From NCBI GenBank assembly GCA_028276475.1, contig JAPYWH010000002.1, forward strand, positions 9,652 to 73,651: 64,000 bases of DNA. The letters are read 5' to 3'. Below the pieces are notes generated by a model. That model ran no database searches. It saw only the letters and a program-made list of their open reading frames with translations, and was not told where the DNA came from. This document shows positions 10,249 to 19,271 of this stretch, one piece after another; within the stretch, counting starts at the first letter, position 1, and the number at the start of each line of letters is the position of its first letter. Source of the DNA: Thermocrinis sp. (GTDB lineage Bacteria; Aquificota; Aquificia; Aquificales; Aquificaceae). A program made the position numbers and the translations under genes.

Positions 10249-10259
10249 TGTGGTAGAAT
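10249..10259 (+). promoter_or_regulatory. Extended -10 promoter element (TGgTAGAAT) for the 10291 gene and hisC cluster
   Basis: TGTGGTAGAAT about 30 nt upstream of AAGGAGG-ATG. Confidence 0.5.
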
Positions 10260-10290
10260 ATTAGCATAAAACTTTTTAAGGAGGTTTAAA

Positions 10291-10545
10291 ATGGCTAAGA
10301 GAGGAAGAAGGAAGGGCGGAGCCAGATACAGAAGGGTCACCCTTTCTCTGCCCAAAAGGCTTTATTATGTGCTCAACGGCATAGCTATGGGGGACGAAAG
10401 AAAGCTAAACAGATTGATCAAGGGCATACTTGAGGATAAGCTCATGGAATCCACCGTCGCAGAACTGGAGCTTTATCTGGGAAGGGGCGAAGAGTTAGAG
10501 GAAGAGGATGAGATGGAAGAGGTAGAGGAAGAGAAGAAGGAGTAA
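10291..10545 (+). CDS. Small hypothetical protein, probable ribbon-helix-helix fold with basic N-tail and acidic C-tail
   Basis: Strong SD; 'RVTLSLPKRLYYVLNGIA....KLNRLIKGILED' beta-alpha-alpha pattern. Confidence 0.6.
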   Translation: MAKRGRRKGGARYRRVTLSLPKRLYYVLNGIAMGDERKLNRLIKGILEDKLMESTVAELELYLGRGEELEEEDEMEEVEEEKKE

Positions 10546-11601
10546 ATGATCCATCCACGCATAAAGGAACTATCTGCATACAAAACGGAGACCACTCCCT
10601 GCAAGGTAAAGCTCTCCTCCAACGAACTACCCATAAAATTTCCGGAGGAAGTTAAAAGAAAAATAGGGGAGGTGGTCTCCTCCCTACCTTTGAACCGCTA
10701 CCCAGACCCACAAGCATCAGGGCTGAAAGAAGTTATAGCCAAAAGGTTTGGTGTTTCCACGGATAACCTTGTCCTGGGCAATGGCTCCGACGAGCTCATC
10801 CAATACTTGACCATAGCGGTAGGAGAATTAAACAGTCCCGTCCTCTATCCTATACCCACCTTTCCCATGTATGGCATATGTGCCACCGCCTTGGGAAGGG
10901 AAAAGGTAGAAGTGCCCCTCAAAGAGGACCTGGACTTAGACTTGGAAGCCCTCTTGAGGGCAGTGGAGGAAAAAAGACCCTCCTTAGCCTTCTTCTCTTA
11001 TCCAAACAATCCCACGGGCAACTGCTTTAGGGAGGACGCCATCAAGAGGGTTAGACAGGAGGGCGTATTTACCGCAATAGATGAGGCTTATTATCACTTC
11101 TCCGGAAGGACCTTTCTTGCTGACGCCCTTCAAAGGGAAGATACTGTGGTCTTAAGAACTCTCTCCAAGATAGGTTTAGCGGGCTTGAGAGTGGGCGTGC
11201 TGATAGCAAAGGAGGAAATAGCCAAAGAAATAAACAAGCTTAGGCTCCCTTTCAACATAACCTATCCTTCTCAGGCAATAGCCAAGCTTATGTTGGAGGA
11301 CTTTTACCCTATAATAGAGGAACATGTGCAGATGGTCCTGAGGGAACGGGAAAGGCTGATGAGGGAGCTCTCTAACATAGAAGGTGTAAAGGTCTTTCCT
11401 TCGGATGCTAACTTCTTCCTGTTTAAAACTCCCTACCCGGCGGGTTTGGTGCACGCTGAGCTTATAAAAGAGGGGGTATTGGTAAGGGATGTTTCTTACC
11501 TTCCCAACTTGGAAAACTGCCTTAGGGTCAGCGTAGGCTTCCCGGAGGAAAACGACCAATTCTTACAAGCCATGCAAAGGGTGATGAAGAGGCTATGTTG
11601 A
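10546..11601 (+). CDS. hisC: Histidinol-phosphate aminotransferase
   Basis: 'NRYPDP', 'GNGSDELI', 'PNNPTG', 'DEAYY', 'RTLSKIGLAGLRVG'. Confidence 0.95.
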   Translation: MIHPRIKELSAYKTETTPCKVKLSSNELPIKFPEEVKRKIGEVVSSLPLNRYPDPQASGLKEVIAKRFGVSTDNLVLGNGSDELIQYLTIAVGELNSPVLYPIPTFPMYGICATALGREKVEVPLKEDLDLDLEALLRAVEEKRPSLAFFSYPNNPTGNCFREDAIKRVRQEGVFTAIDEAYYHFSGRTFLADALQREDTVVLRTLSKIGLAGLRVGVLIAKEEIAKEINKLRLPFNITYPSQAIAKLMLEDFYPIIEEHVQMVLRERERLMRELSNIEGVKVFPSDANFFLFKTPYPAGLVHAELIKEGVLVRDVSYLPNLENCLRVSVGFPEENDQFLQAMQRVMKRLC

Positions 11602-12374
11602 GGGTTGCCACTTGGAATGTAAATTCTATAAAGTCCAGAAAAGATTTGGTTTTTATGTGGTTGGAGAGGGTTCCTGTGGAGATCTTGTGCCTTCAGGAGC
11701 TAAAAACAGAAACCCAAAATTTTCACTTTTCTGACTTTGAAAGGCTTGGATACAGGTGCTATGTGCATGGACAGAAAACCTACAATGGCGTTGCCATATG
11801 CTCTAAGTTTGGGCTGGAGGATATTTTTAAAGGCATAGGAGATGCAAGGTTTGATGTGGAAAGTCGGGTAATAGGAGGAAGGCTCAAGGACCTTTGGCTC
11901 ATAAACTGCTACTTCCCTCATGGAGAAGAGAGGGGAGGTAAAAAGTTTTACTATAAGTTGGAGTTTTACGACGCCTTCTGTAAATTCTTGGAAAAAAGCT
12001 TTAGTCCTTCAGATAAAATTGTGCTCGTGGGCGACATGAACGTAGCCTTGGAAGACATAGACGTTTATGACCCAGTTGTTCTGAAGGATACCATAGGGAC
12101 CATGCCAGAGGAAAGGCAAGCCCTAAGAAGACTCTTAGATTGGGGCTTTGTGGACGCCTTCAGGTATTTATACCCTAACAAGGTGGAATTTACCTGGTGG
12201 GATTACATTGGGGGTGCCATATGGAAAAACCAGGGCATGCGTATTGACTACATATTTATCACAGAGCCTCTTTTAAAGAGCCTGAAAGATGTGTTTGTGG
12301 ATACATGGGCAAGAAAGAAGAGACAGCCAAAGCCCTCAGACCATGCGCCCGTGGTGGGAGTTTTTGAACTGTGA
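11595..12374 (+). CDS. xth: Exodeoxyribonuclease III / AP endonuclease
   Basis: 'TWNVNS', 'LQELK', 'GDMNVA', 'RIDY', 'SDHAPV'. Confidence 0.95.
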   Translation: MLRVATWNVNSIKSRKDLVFMWLERVPVEILCLQELKTETQNFHFSDFERLGYRCYVHGQKTYNGVAICSKFGLEDIFKGIGDARFDVESRVIGGRLKDLWLINCYFPHGEERGGKKFYYKLEFYDAFCKFLEKSFSPSDKIVLVGDMNVALEDIDVYDPVVLKDTIGTMPEERQALRRLLDWGFVDAFRYLYPNKVEFTWWDYIGGAIWKNQGMRIDYIFITEPLLKSLKDVFVDTWARKKRQPKPSDHAPVVGVFEL

Positions 12375-12793
12375 GGGGAGTGATCTTTGCAATACTTACT
12401 AGCTTTGCGTGGGGGCTTGCCCCCATCCTCTTTAAGCTGGGACTGAGGGCTGAAGTTAGCAACCTATTTGCCCTCATGGTGCATAATTTTTCCGCCTTTC
12501 TGTTGGCATCTTTGCTCTTTTTTACCCTGGGAGAACCCCTCAAGGTAGGCTTGAAGGAGCTTGTTTTTATATCCTTTGGGGGCATGCTCTCAGGATTCTT
12601 GGGTTTGTTCTTTTACTTTGAAGCGGTTAGGCACGGCAAAGTTTCCATAGTGGCACCCATTGCCTCCACATCTCCCCTTTGGAGCGTGCTCTTTGCCTAT
12701 ATTCTGCTGGGTGAGGGCTTAAACCTTCAAAAATTGGTGGGCGTCCTTTTGATAGTGTTAGGTATTACCCTTTTGAGCCTTTCAAAGCAATGA
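12371..12793 (+). CDS. EamA/DMT family transporter (single repeat)
   Basis: 140 aa hydrophobic; 'GKVSIVAPIAST..L.GE.L'. Confidence 0.85.
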   Translation: MRGVIFAILTSFAWGLAPILFKLGLRAEVSNLFALMVHNFSAFLLASLLFFTLGEPLKVGLKELVFISFGGMLSGFLGLFFYFEAVRHGKVSIVAPIASTSPLWSVLFAYILLGEGLNLQKLVGVLLIVLGITLLSLSKQ

Positions 12794-14097
12794 AAAAGGT
12801 CCTCCTTTCCATTTTGGCGGGCTTGTTGCTTTACCTACCCTTCTCCAAGCTAAACCTATGGTTTTTGCCCTTTCCTGCCCTCTTTCTTTTTGTTAAATAC
12901 CGGGGAGTGTCCTTTTGGACCTTGGGAGGGTATGTGTTTATCTTTCTTTCCCTGAGGTGTGCCAACATTGCCAGCGTTGAGTTTGGCGGTATAAATCCCA
13001 TTCTCTCTTACTTTATGTATTCCCTGTTTGTTCTCCTTTTTACCCTTTTTCAGTTTTCCCTGCCAGCCTTTATTGCCCAGAGTTTTTTTAAAAACTCCCC
13101 CTTAGCCTACGGCTTTTTTTATACCCTCTTTGAACTGTTTCGGTCCCACTTTCCCTTTGGTGGCTTTCCATGGCTTTTGATGGGAGAGGTTATCTCTCAG
13201 GTGCCCCTTTTGAAATATTCCCTGTACTTTTTGAGCATACCCCTTTACACCTTCTTACTCTGGGTTCTGGTAATTTTCCTATTCCAAAAAAGGCTTTTCT
13301 CTTTTGCCTTGGTTCTTTTGGCTTTGCTCTCTCTTAGCCTTTCCGCTTACTTTGTGCCACCAAAGAAACTAAACGGAGTAAAGGTAGCCCTCGTTCAAAC
13401 TGCAGTGCCCCAGGACGATAAGTTAAGCAAAGAAGCCTTTGACCAGCATACGCCACAGATACTGCAGATGGTGGAAAGGGCATTGGAAGAAAAACCAGAC
13501 CTCGTAGTCCTACCCGAGTCCGCCCTGCCTTTTTACTTCTCGGAGGAGCAAACAGACATCCTCTATCATCTGAGCCTTAAAGGTCCCATTCTGGTAGGTC
13601 TGATTGATGTTAGGGAAAACCTAAAACCCTTCAACTCTGCCTACTTGTTTGCGGAGGGTATGCTAATAGACTACTACGATAAGGTAAAGCTTATGCCCGT
13701 AGGCGAATATATACCAAAGCCCTTTGGGTTTTTAAAGGAAATATTCCAAGCCATAGGAGGTATTGACTACGTTCCCGGGCAATCTTCAAAGGTTATCAAA
13801 TACAAAGACCTTCGCATTGCAGTGCCCATATGCTTTGAAGTTGCCCATTATAGCTACATGGAAAGATTAGTCAAAGATGCCGATCTTATTGTGGTTTTAA
13901 CCAACGATGGCTGGTTTAAAGACAGCGACTGCACCTTTCAACATTTTAGATTTGCCCAGTGGGCTTCTTTGCGCTTTAAAACCTACACCCTTTGGGTGAA
14001 TAACTCCGGCTACACCGCCATCATTGACCCCTACGGCAGGGTTCTGAAAAAACTGGGCTACATGGAAAGGGATGTATTGGTGGAGGTTTTGAAATAA
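12790..14097 (+). CDS. lnt: Apolipoprotein N-acyltransferase
   Basis: TM N-half plus nitrilase triad 'LPES', 'YDKVKLMPVGEYIP', 'ICFE'. Confidence 0.93.
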   Translation: MKKVLLSILAGLLLYLPFSKLNLWFLPFPALFLFVKYRGVSFWTLGGYVFIFLSLRCANIASVEFGGINPILSYFMYSLFVLLFTLFQFSLPAFIAQSFFKNSPLAYGFFYTLFELFRSHFPFGGFPWLLMGEVISQVPLLKYSLYFLSIPLYTFLLWVLVIFLFQKRLFSFALVLLALLSLSLSAYFVPPKKLNGVKVALVQTAVPQDDKLSKEAFDQHTPQILQMVERALEEKPDLVVLPESALPFYFSEEQTDILYHLSLKGPILVGLIDVRENLKPFNSAYLFAEGMLIDYYDKVKLMPVGEYIPKPFGFLKEIFQAIGGIDYVPGQSSKVIKYKDLRIAVPICFEVAHYSYMERLVKDADLIVVLTNDGWFKDSDCTFQHFRFAQWASLRFKTYTLWVNNSGYTAIIDPYGRVLKKLGYMERDVLVEVLK

Positions 14098-14149
14098 TCT
14101 AATCATCTTTAGGAGTAAGCACCGTCGGTAGCTTATAATTAACTTTCTG

Positions 14150-15628
14150 ATGTATATTCCCTTTGCCAGAAAGTATAGACCTCGGAAGTTCTCAGAGCTT
14201 GTAGGACAAGAAACCGCCAAAAGGGTTTTGCTCAACGCGGTAAAGCTTGGCAGGCTCTCTCATGCTTACCTATTTGCTGGTCCCAGAGGAACGGGCAAAA
14301 CCACCGTAGCGCGTATATTAACAAGGGCAATAAACTGCCTAAAACCTATTGATGGAGAACCCTGCGGTGAGTGTGAAAACTGCGTCGCCATTGAAAAGGG
14401 AAATTTCCCAGACCTCATAGAAATAGACGCTGCATCCAACAGAGGAATAGACGATATAAGGGCCCTGAGGGATGCGGTCTCTTACACGCCCATAAAAGGG
14501 AAGTTCAAGGTCTATATTCTGGACGAGGCACATATGCTAACAAAGGAAGCTTTTAATGCCCTTTTGAAAACCCTTGAGGAGCCCCCTCCCAGAACGGTCT
14601 TTATCCTGTGCACCACCGAGTATGACAAAATAATTCCCACCATACTTTCCCGTTGTCAGAGGATCATCTTTAGTAAACTCAGAGAGGAAGAAATCATAAA
14701 GTATCTTAAGTTTATATGCGAAAGGGAGAACATAGAGTATGAGGAGAGAGCCCTGTATACCATCGCCAAGGTAAGCGATGGAGGGATGAGGGATGCGGTG
14801 TCCTTGCTGGACCAAAGTGCCACCTTTGGAGAGGGAAAAGTAAAGGAGGAAATAATAGAGGAGTTTTTGGGTATTCTCTCTCAGGGAAAGGTAAGGGATT
14901 TTATAAAGATGCTACTCTCTGCAGACACGGACTCCGCCCTTGAGTTTTTAAACCAGATAAGAGAAAAGGGCTACAACCTTTCAAGGTTTTGGGAGAGTGT
15001 GGAGGAGGAAGTAAGGACGCTTGTTCTTTACAAAAGCCTAAAGAACCCAGAAAAACTAATGCAGGTGGAAGACTTTCACAGAGAAGTTTCCGCAAACCTG
15101 AACGCTTTGCTGTATCTTGAAAAATTGGTTAGTCAAGTGAGGGTAGAGGCAAGAACCAAGGACCTCTTTAGGGCATGCCAGATAGCCATCATCAAAAGTG
15201 CCCTGGTCAAAGACATCCTTTCCATAGAGGAACTTATAAAAGGGCTGGGAAGCTCAAGCAAAGAAACTCCTAAGGATGAAAAGAAGGAGGAAAAGGAAGA
15301 AAAAAAGGAGGAGAGGAAAGACGAACCACAGAAGGAAAACCCTTGGGACGTTCTTCAGAAAAGCCTTAGCAGGATTGACTTTGAAAGGCTAAGAAGACTT
15401 CCCTATGAGGAAAAAGAGGGAAAGCTCATCCTAAAGGTGGGTAAAGAGGATGCAAAGGCTTTGGAAATAGAAAAGCTAAAGGTAAAGTTTCCCTTCCTTG
15501 ATTTTGTGGTGGAGGGAAAAGAGGAAGATAAAGAGGAGCTTCCGGAGTTTTTAAAAAAGACAAAAACCCTCTTTAGCGCCAAGATCCTCAAACATGAGAG
15601 AGATAAAGGCAAGGATAATCCTTCTTAG
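14150..15628 (+). CDS. dnaX: DNA polymerase III subunit tau/gamma
   Basis: 'ARKYRP', 'GPRGTGKT', Zn module, 'DEAHML..AFNALLKTLEEPP', 'SRC'. Confidence 0.97.
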   Translation: MYIPFARKYRPRKFSELVGQETAKRVLLNAVKLGRLSHAYLFAGPRGTGKTTVARILTRAINCLKPIDGEPCGECENCVAIEKGNFPDLIEIDAASNRGIDDIRALRDAVSYTPIKGKFKVYILDEAHMLTKEAFNALLKTLEEPPPRTVFILCTTEYDKIIPTILSRCQRIIFSKLREEEIIKYLKFICERENIEYEERALYTIAKVSDGGMRDAVSLLDQSATFGEGKVKEEIIEEFLGILSQGKVRDFIKMLLSADTDSALEFLNQIREKGYNLSRFWESVEEEVRTLVLYKSLKNPEKLMQVEDFHREVSANLNALLYLEKLVSQVRVEARTKDLFRACQIAIIKSALVKDILSIEELIKGLGSSSKETPKDEKKEEKEEKKEERKDEPQKENPWDVLQKSLSRIDFERLRRLPYEEKEGKLILKVGKEDAKALEIEKLKVKFPFLDFVVEGKEEDKEELPEFLKKTKTLFSAKILKHERDKGKDNPS

Positions 15629-15848
15629 GCTACCCGTTCCAAAAATAGGGCTATTCACCGCCCTTATGGACGGTTCTGGAAGAAATGCGGTAGTCCGAAC
15701 AAAGGAAAAGAAAAAGGATTTAGTTTATGTTATTGCCACACCTCATACTTACGAAAGGACCTTGGAGGTCCTCAATTACATAAAAAGGCACATACCAGAG
15801 CTAGAAGTTCTGGGAGAAGTATCCTCGGAGGAGTTGGACATTGGCTAG
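15594..15848 (+). CDS. Hypothetical protein (DUF4911-like)
   Basis: 84 aa coupled to dnaX; 'G.NAVVRT.....VYVIATP' pattern. Confidence 0.55.
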   Translation: MREIKARIILLRLPVPKIGLFTALMDGSGRNAVVRTKEKKKDLVYVIATPHTYERTLEVLNYIKRHIPELEVLGEVSSEELDIG

Positions 15849-17019
15849 CCCTTACATCTTTATCCTCTTGATGGGTGTGGTTAGCCTGCTTTCTGACTTC
15901 ACATACGAAGGTGGCAGAAGCATTCTCGGACCCTATTTGGCTTTGCTTTCCGCCTCTCCCTTCGTTATAGGCTTTCTCTCAGGGCTTTCTGAACTGGTGG
16001 GATATGTGCTAAGGTTAGTTTCTGGCTACCTATCGGACAAGTTAAAAAGCCCTTGGGCTTTTGTCTTTTTGGGTTATGCTATGAACCTCCTTTCTGTGCC
16101 ACTCCTTGCTTTAGTGCCAAACTGGCAATGGGCTGGTGCCTTGATGGTTCTTGAACGCTTTGGAAAAGCCCTCAGAACTCCCTCCCGGGATGCATTGCTT
16201 TCTCAAGCTACTGAAAGGGTTGGGCATGGCAAGGGTTTTGGCATCCACGAGTTTTTAGACCAGCTTGGTGCCTTTTTGGGTCCCCTCTTTGTATCCGCGG
16301 TGCTTTACTACTTTACCAATAATTACCGCTTGGCTTTTGCAAGCCTTCTGCCAAGTGCCCTCTTAGCCCTTCTTGTTCTCTTCCTTTCAAAAAGATATCA
16401 TCAAGGAAATGTGAAAACCGCTGAAGGCTCCAAAGAAGAAGGCAAAGGAACCCATCCCGGCTTTTGGTACTATGTAGCCTTCTCTTCCCTGCTTGGGCTC
16501 TCCTTTGTGCCCATTACATTGATCACCTATCATGGCAAAGTTCATCTAAGTTTGCCCGACGCCTTACCTCCCTTTCTCTTTGCCCTTGCTATGCTTGTGG
16601 ATGGCTTTTCCGCCCTCCTTTTTGGCTATCTCTTTGACAGGATTGGCTTTAAGGCTTTAGCCCTTGGTGTTGTTATCACCGCAATCTATCCCTACCTTAT
16701 CTTCTCCAGTGGTGAAGTCCTTTTCATAATTGGGACTCTGCTGTGGGGAGTTCAGCTGGGTATGCATGAGTCCATTGTGCGCTCGGGCGTTGCAAAACTT
16801 TCCACACCTTCCTTCAGAGGAAGGGCTTACGGCATATTTCATCTTTTCTTTGGGTTGTCCATCTTTTTGGGTGCCTCTGTGATGGGGCGCTTGTATGAGA
16901 TCTTGCCCGTCCTTTTGGCGGTCTTTTCGATCGGTTTTCAACTTTTATCCCTGCTGATCCTTAAGAAGGTTATAGACCACCGCCATCCGCACAAAGGGTC
17001 CATTCTGCACCTGTTTTAA
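15841..17019 (+). CDS. MFS transporter
   Basis: About 12 TM; 'GYLSDKLK', 'GYLFDRIG' MFS motif-A variants; TTG start. Confidence 0.88.
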   Translation: MASPYIFILLMGVVSLLSDFTYEGGRSILGPYLALLSASPFVIGFLSGLSELVGYVLRLVSGYLSDKLKSPWAFVFLGYAMNLLSVPLLALVPNWQWAGALMVLERFGKALRTPSRDALLSQATERVGHGKGFGIHEFLDQLGAFLGPLFVSAVLYYFTNNYRLAFASLLPSALLALLVLFLSKRYHQGNVKTAEGSKEEGKGTHPGFWYYVAFSSLLGLSFVPITLITYHGKVHLSLPDALPPFLFALAMLVDGFSALLFGYLFDRIGFKALALGVVITAIYPYLIFSSGEVLFIIGTLLWGVQLGMHESIVRSGVAKLSTPSFRGRAYGIFHLFFGLSIFLGASVMGRLYEILPVLLAVFSIGFQLLSLLILKKVIDHRHPHKGSILHLF

Positions 17020-17841
17020 CACCAGAGATTTTTCTCCATAAAGCACCTCCGGGTCTATATCCACGTCCAGATTTACCGGTCCCGGATGCATAAAGTAGCC
17101 CTTTAGCCTTTTGTAGCGTTCCTTCGTTAAACCAAACTGCAGAAAGTAGCTATCCTTTGAGGGCACATAACTCTCTTTGAACCTTTCCTCTTGCAACCTA
17201 AGGTATACTACCAAATCTGCCCACTCTATGCCCTCATCCACACTGTCAAAAACTTTCACATCTCCAAAGGGTGAAAGGTCAGAAGGGATAAGGGTGGCAG
17301 GACCGCAAACTCCAAGCTGGGCAGAAAACCTGCTAAAAAGCTCTCCGGAGGACCTAAAAACCCTACTGTGGAGGACATCTCCCACAAAGAGAACTTTCAA
17401 TCCCTCCAAAGAGGGATAATGCTCAAGGGCGGTAAATAGGTCTATTAGCCCCTGGGTGGGATGCTGATGGGTGCCGTCCCCTGCGTTTATAAGGCTTATG
17501 CTTTCCTCAAGGTAAGGTTCGTAGGGAAATAAAACAAAGGGCACTCTAAAGACCAACAGCCTAAAGCCCAAGGCGGAGAGAACTTTGATGGTGTCCTTAA
17601 AGGATTCACCCTTTTCTATGGCTGATTCTCCTCTTCCCACGTAGTGGGTTTCCATGCCAAGTTCCCTGAGGGCAACTTCAAAGGACAGGCGAGTGCGGGT
17701 AGAAGCTTCCAAAAACAAAAGAACAGCCCTTCCCTTTAACTTTTCCCTCCTGCCTCCCTTAAAGCTACGAAAGAGGGAGTATAACTCTTGAATGTCCTCT
17801 GTGCTTAGGTCTTTGGTGTTTATGAGGTGTCTTGCTTGCAT
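16945..17841 (-). CDS. pyrB: Aspartate carbamoyltransferase catalytic subunit
   Basis: 'EASTRTRLSF', 'INAGDG.HQHPTQ', 'HPGP'. Confidence 0.95.
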   Translation of the reverse strand: MQARHLINTKDLSTEDIQELYSLFRSFKGGRREKLKGRAVLLFLEASTRTRLSFEVALRELGMETHYVGRGESAIEKGESFKDTIKVLSALGFRLLVFRVPFVLFPYEPYLEESISLINAGDGTHQHPTQGLIDLFTALEHYPSLEGLKVLFVGDVLHSRVFRSSGELFSRFSAQLGVCGPATLIPSDLSPFGDVKVFDSVDEGIEWADLVVYLRLQEERFKESYVPSKDSYFLQFGLTKERYKRLKGYFMHPGPVNLDVDIDPEVLYGEKSLVLKQVQNGPFVRMAVVYNLLKDQQG

Positions 17842-17879
17842 TTTTCCCAAAGGCGTTTTATATTTTAAGTAAAGTTTAA

Positions 17880-18911
17880 ATGGAAAAGGTAGAGGAGATC
17901 ATAGACCTCGGAGACCTTGACGAGAGGTTTTATGCCATAGTAGGAAGGGGCGACGAAAACCTAAAGTTCTTTTCCCAACTCTTTGGCGTCAAAGTCCTCG
18001 CAAGGGGCACAGAAATACTTATAAGGGGAGAGGAGGAAAAAGTCCAAAATATAAGCAGGTTTATAAGAGAAGTGCTAAGGGAGTTTGCCAAGGGTCCCCT
18101 GAGCAGTGGAGAGGTGAGAGAAAGGGCAAAGGCTTTTGTAAAGGGCACCACAGAGGGTGTAAGTCCTGACGCAGAAGAGGTGGTGTTAATAACATACAGA
18201 AAAAAGGCTATAGTGCCAAAGACAGAAAACCAAAAGGTCTATGTTAGGGCAATAAGGGAAAAGGATGTAGTCTTTGGCATAGGTCCTGCGGGCACGGGAA
18301 AAACCTACCTGGCGGTAGCCATGGCTCTTGCCTTCATGAAGGAAAACAAAATAAGCAAGATCATACTAACAAGACCGGCGGTGGAGGCTGGAGAAAAGTT
18401 GGGCTTCCTTCCGGGCACTATAGCAGAAAAGGTGGACCCCTACCTTCGTCCCCTTTACGATGCACTGTATGATATGGTGGGATATGATAAAACCGCCTAC
18501 ATGTTGGAAAAGAACATTATAGAGATAGCTCCTTTAGCCTTCATGAGGGGTAGGACCCTAAACGACGCCTTTATAATCTTGGATGAAGCCCAAAACTCCA
18601 CCCGGGAACAGATGAAGATGTTTTTAACGAGGATCGGCTTTGGCTCCAAGGTGGTGATCACGGGCGACATAACTCAAATAGACCTACCCAAAAAGGAGGA
18701 GTCCGGTTTAGTGGAGGCAATAAAGATCCTCAAAGGCATTGAAGGCATAGGTTTTGTTCAATTTGGACAGGAGGATGTGGTAAGACACCCCATAGTGGCA
18801 AGGATAATAAGGGCTTATGAAGAGTATGAGAAAAAACAGGGTGCTGGTCAAGAAAAGGGTAAGAGGAGTAGAAAGCAAACTTCTGAGCAAAATAGCCCAC
18901 AGAGCCCTTGA
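17880..18911 (+). CDS. phoH: PhoH family ATPase/RNA helicase
   Basis: 'GPAGTGKTYLA', 'LTRPAVEAGEKLGFLPG', 'RGRTL', 'DEAQN'. Confidence 0.95.
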   Translation: MEKVEEIIDLGDLDERFYAIVGRGDENLKFFSQLFGVKVLARGTEILIRGEEEKVQNISRFIREVLREFAKGPLSSGEVRERAKAFVKGTTEGVSPDAEEVVLITYRKKAIVPKTENQKVYVRAIREKDVVFGIGPAGTGKTYLAVAMALAFMKENKISKIILTRPAVEAGEKLGFLPGTIAEKVDPYLRPLYDALYDMVGYDKTAYMLEKNIIEIAPLAFMRGRTLNDAFIILDEAQNSTREQMKMFLTRIGFGSKVVITGDITQIDLPKKEESGLVEAIKILKGIEGIGFVQFGQEDVVRHPIVARIIRAYEEYEKKQGAGQEKGKRSRKQTSEQNSPQSP

Positions 18912-19251
18912 GGTTCTTGGCTTAAACAGAGCGGAACTCAGCATTGTCTTAGTCTCCGACGCACAAATAAGAAGGTTAAACAAACTATACAGGAACAAAG
19001 ACAAACCCACCGATGTGCTTTCCTTTCCCATAGGTGAGAAAGTGAACGGTTGGCTTATTCTTGGGGACATCGTTATCTCGGTGGATACCGCCAAAAGGCA
19101 GGCACAGGAGCTTGGCTACAGCCTTGAAGAAGAACTAAAGAGACTTTTGGTGCACGGCTTGGTGCATCTTTTGGGCTACGACCACGAACTTGGTGGAGAG
19201 GAGGAAAAGAAGTTTTTTGAACTGGAGGAGTTTGTTTTAAGGGAACTTTAA
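18826..19251 (+). CDS. ybeY: rRNA maturation RNase YbeY
   Basis: 'KDKPTDVLSFP', 'LGDIVIS', 'HGLVHLLGYDH'; start may instead be 18817. Confidence 0.96.
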   Translation: MRKNRVLVKKRVRGVESKLLSKIAHRALEVLGLNRAELSIVLVSDAQIRRLNKLYRNKDKPTDVLSFPIGEKVNGWLILGDIVISVDTAKRQAQELGYSLEEELKRLLVHGLVHLLGYDHELGGEEEKKFFELEEFVLREL

Positions 19252-19271
19252 AAGCCCTTATAATCTAATCT

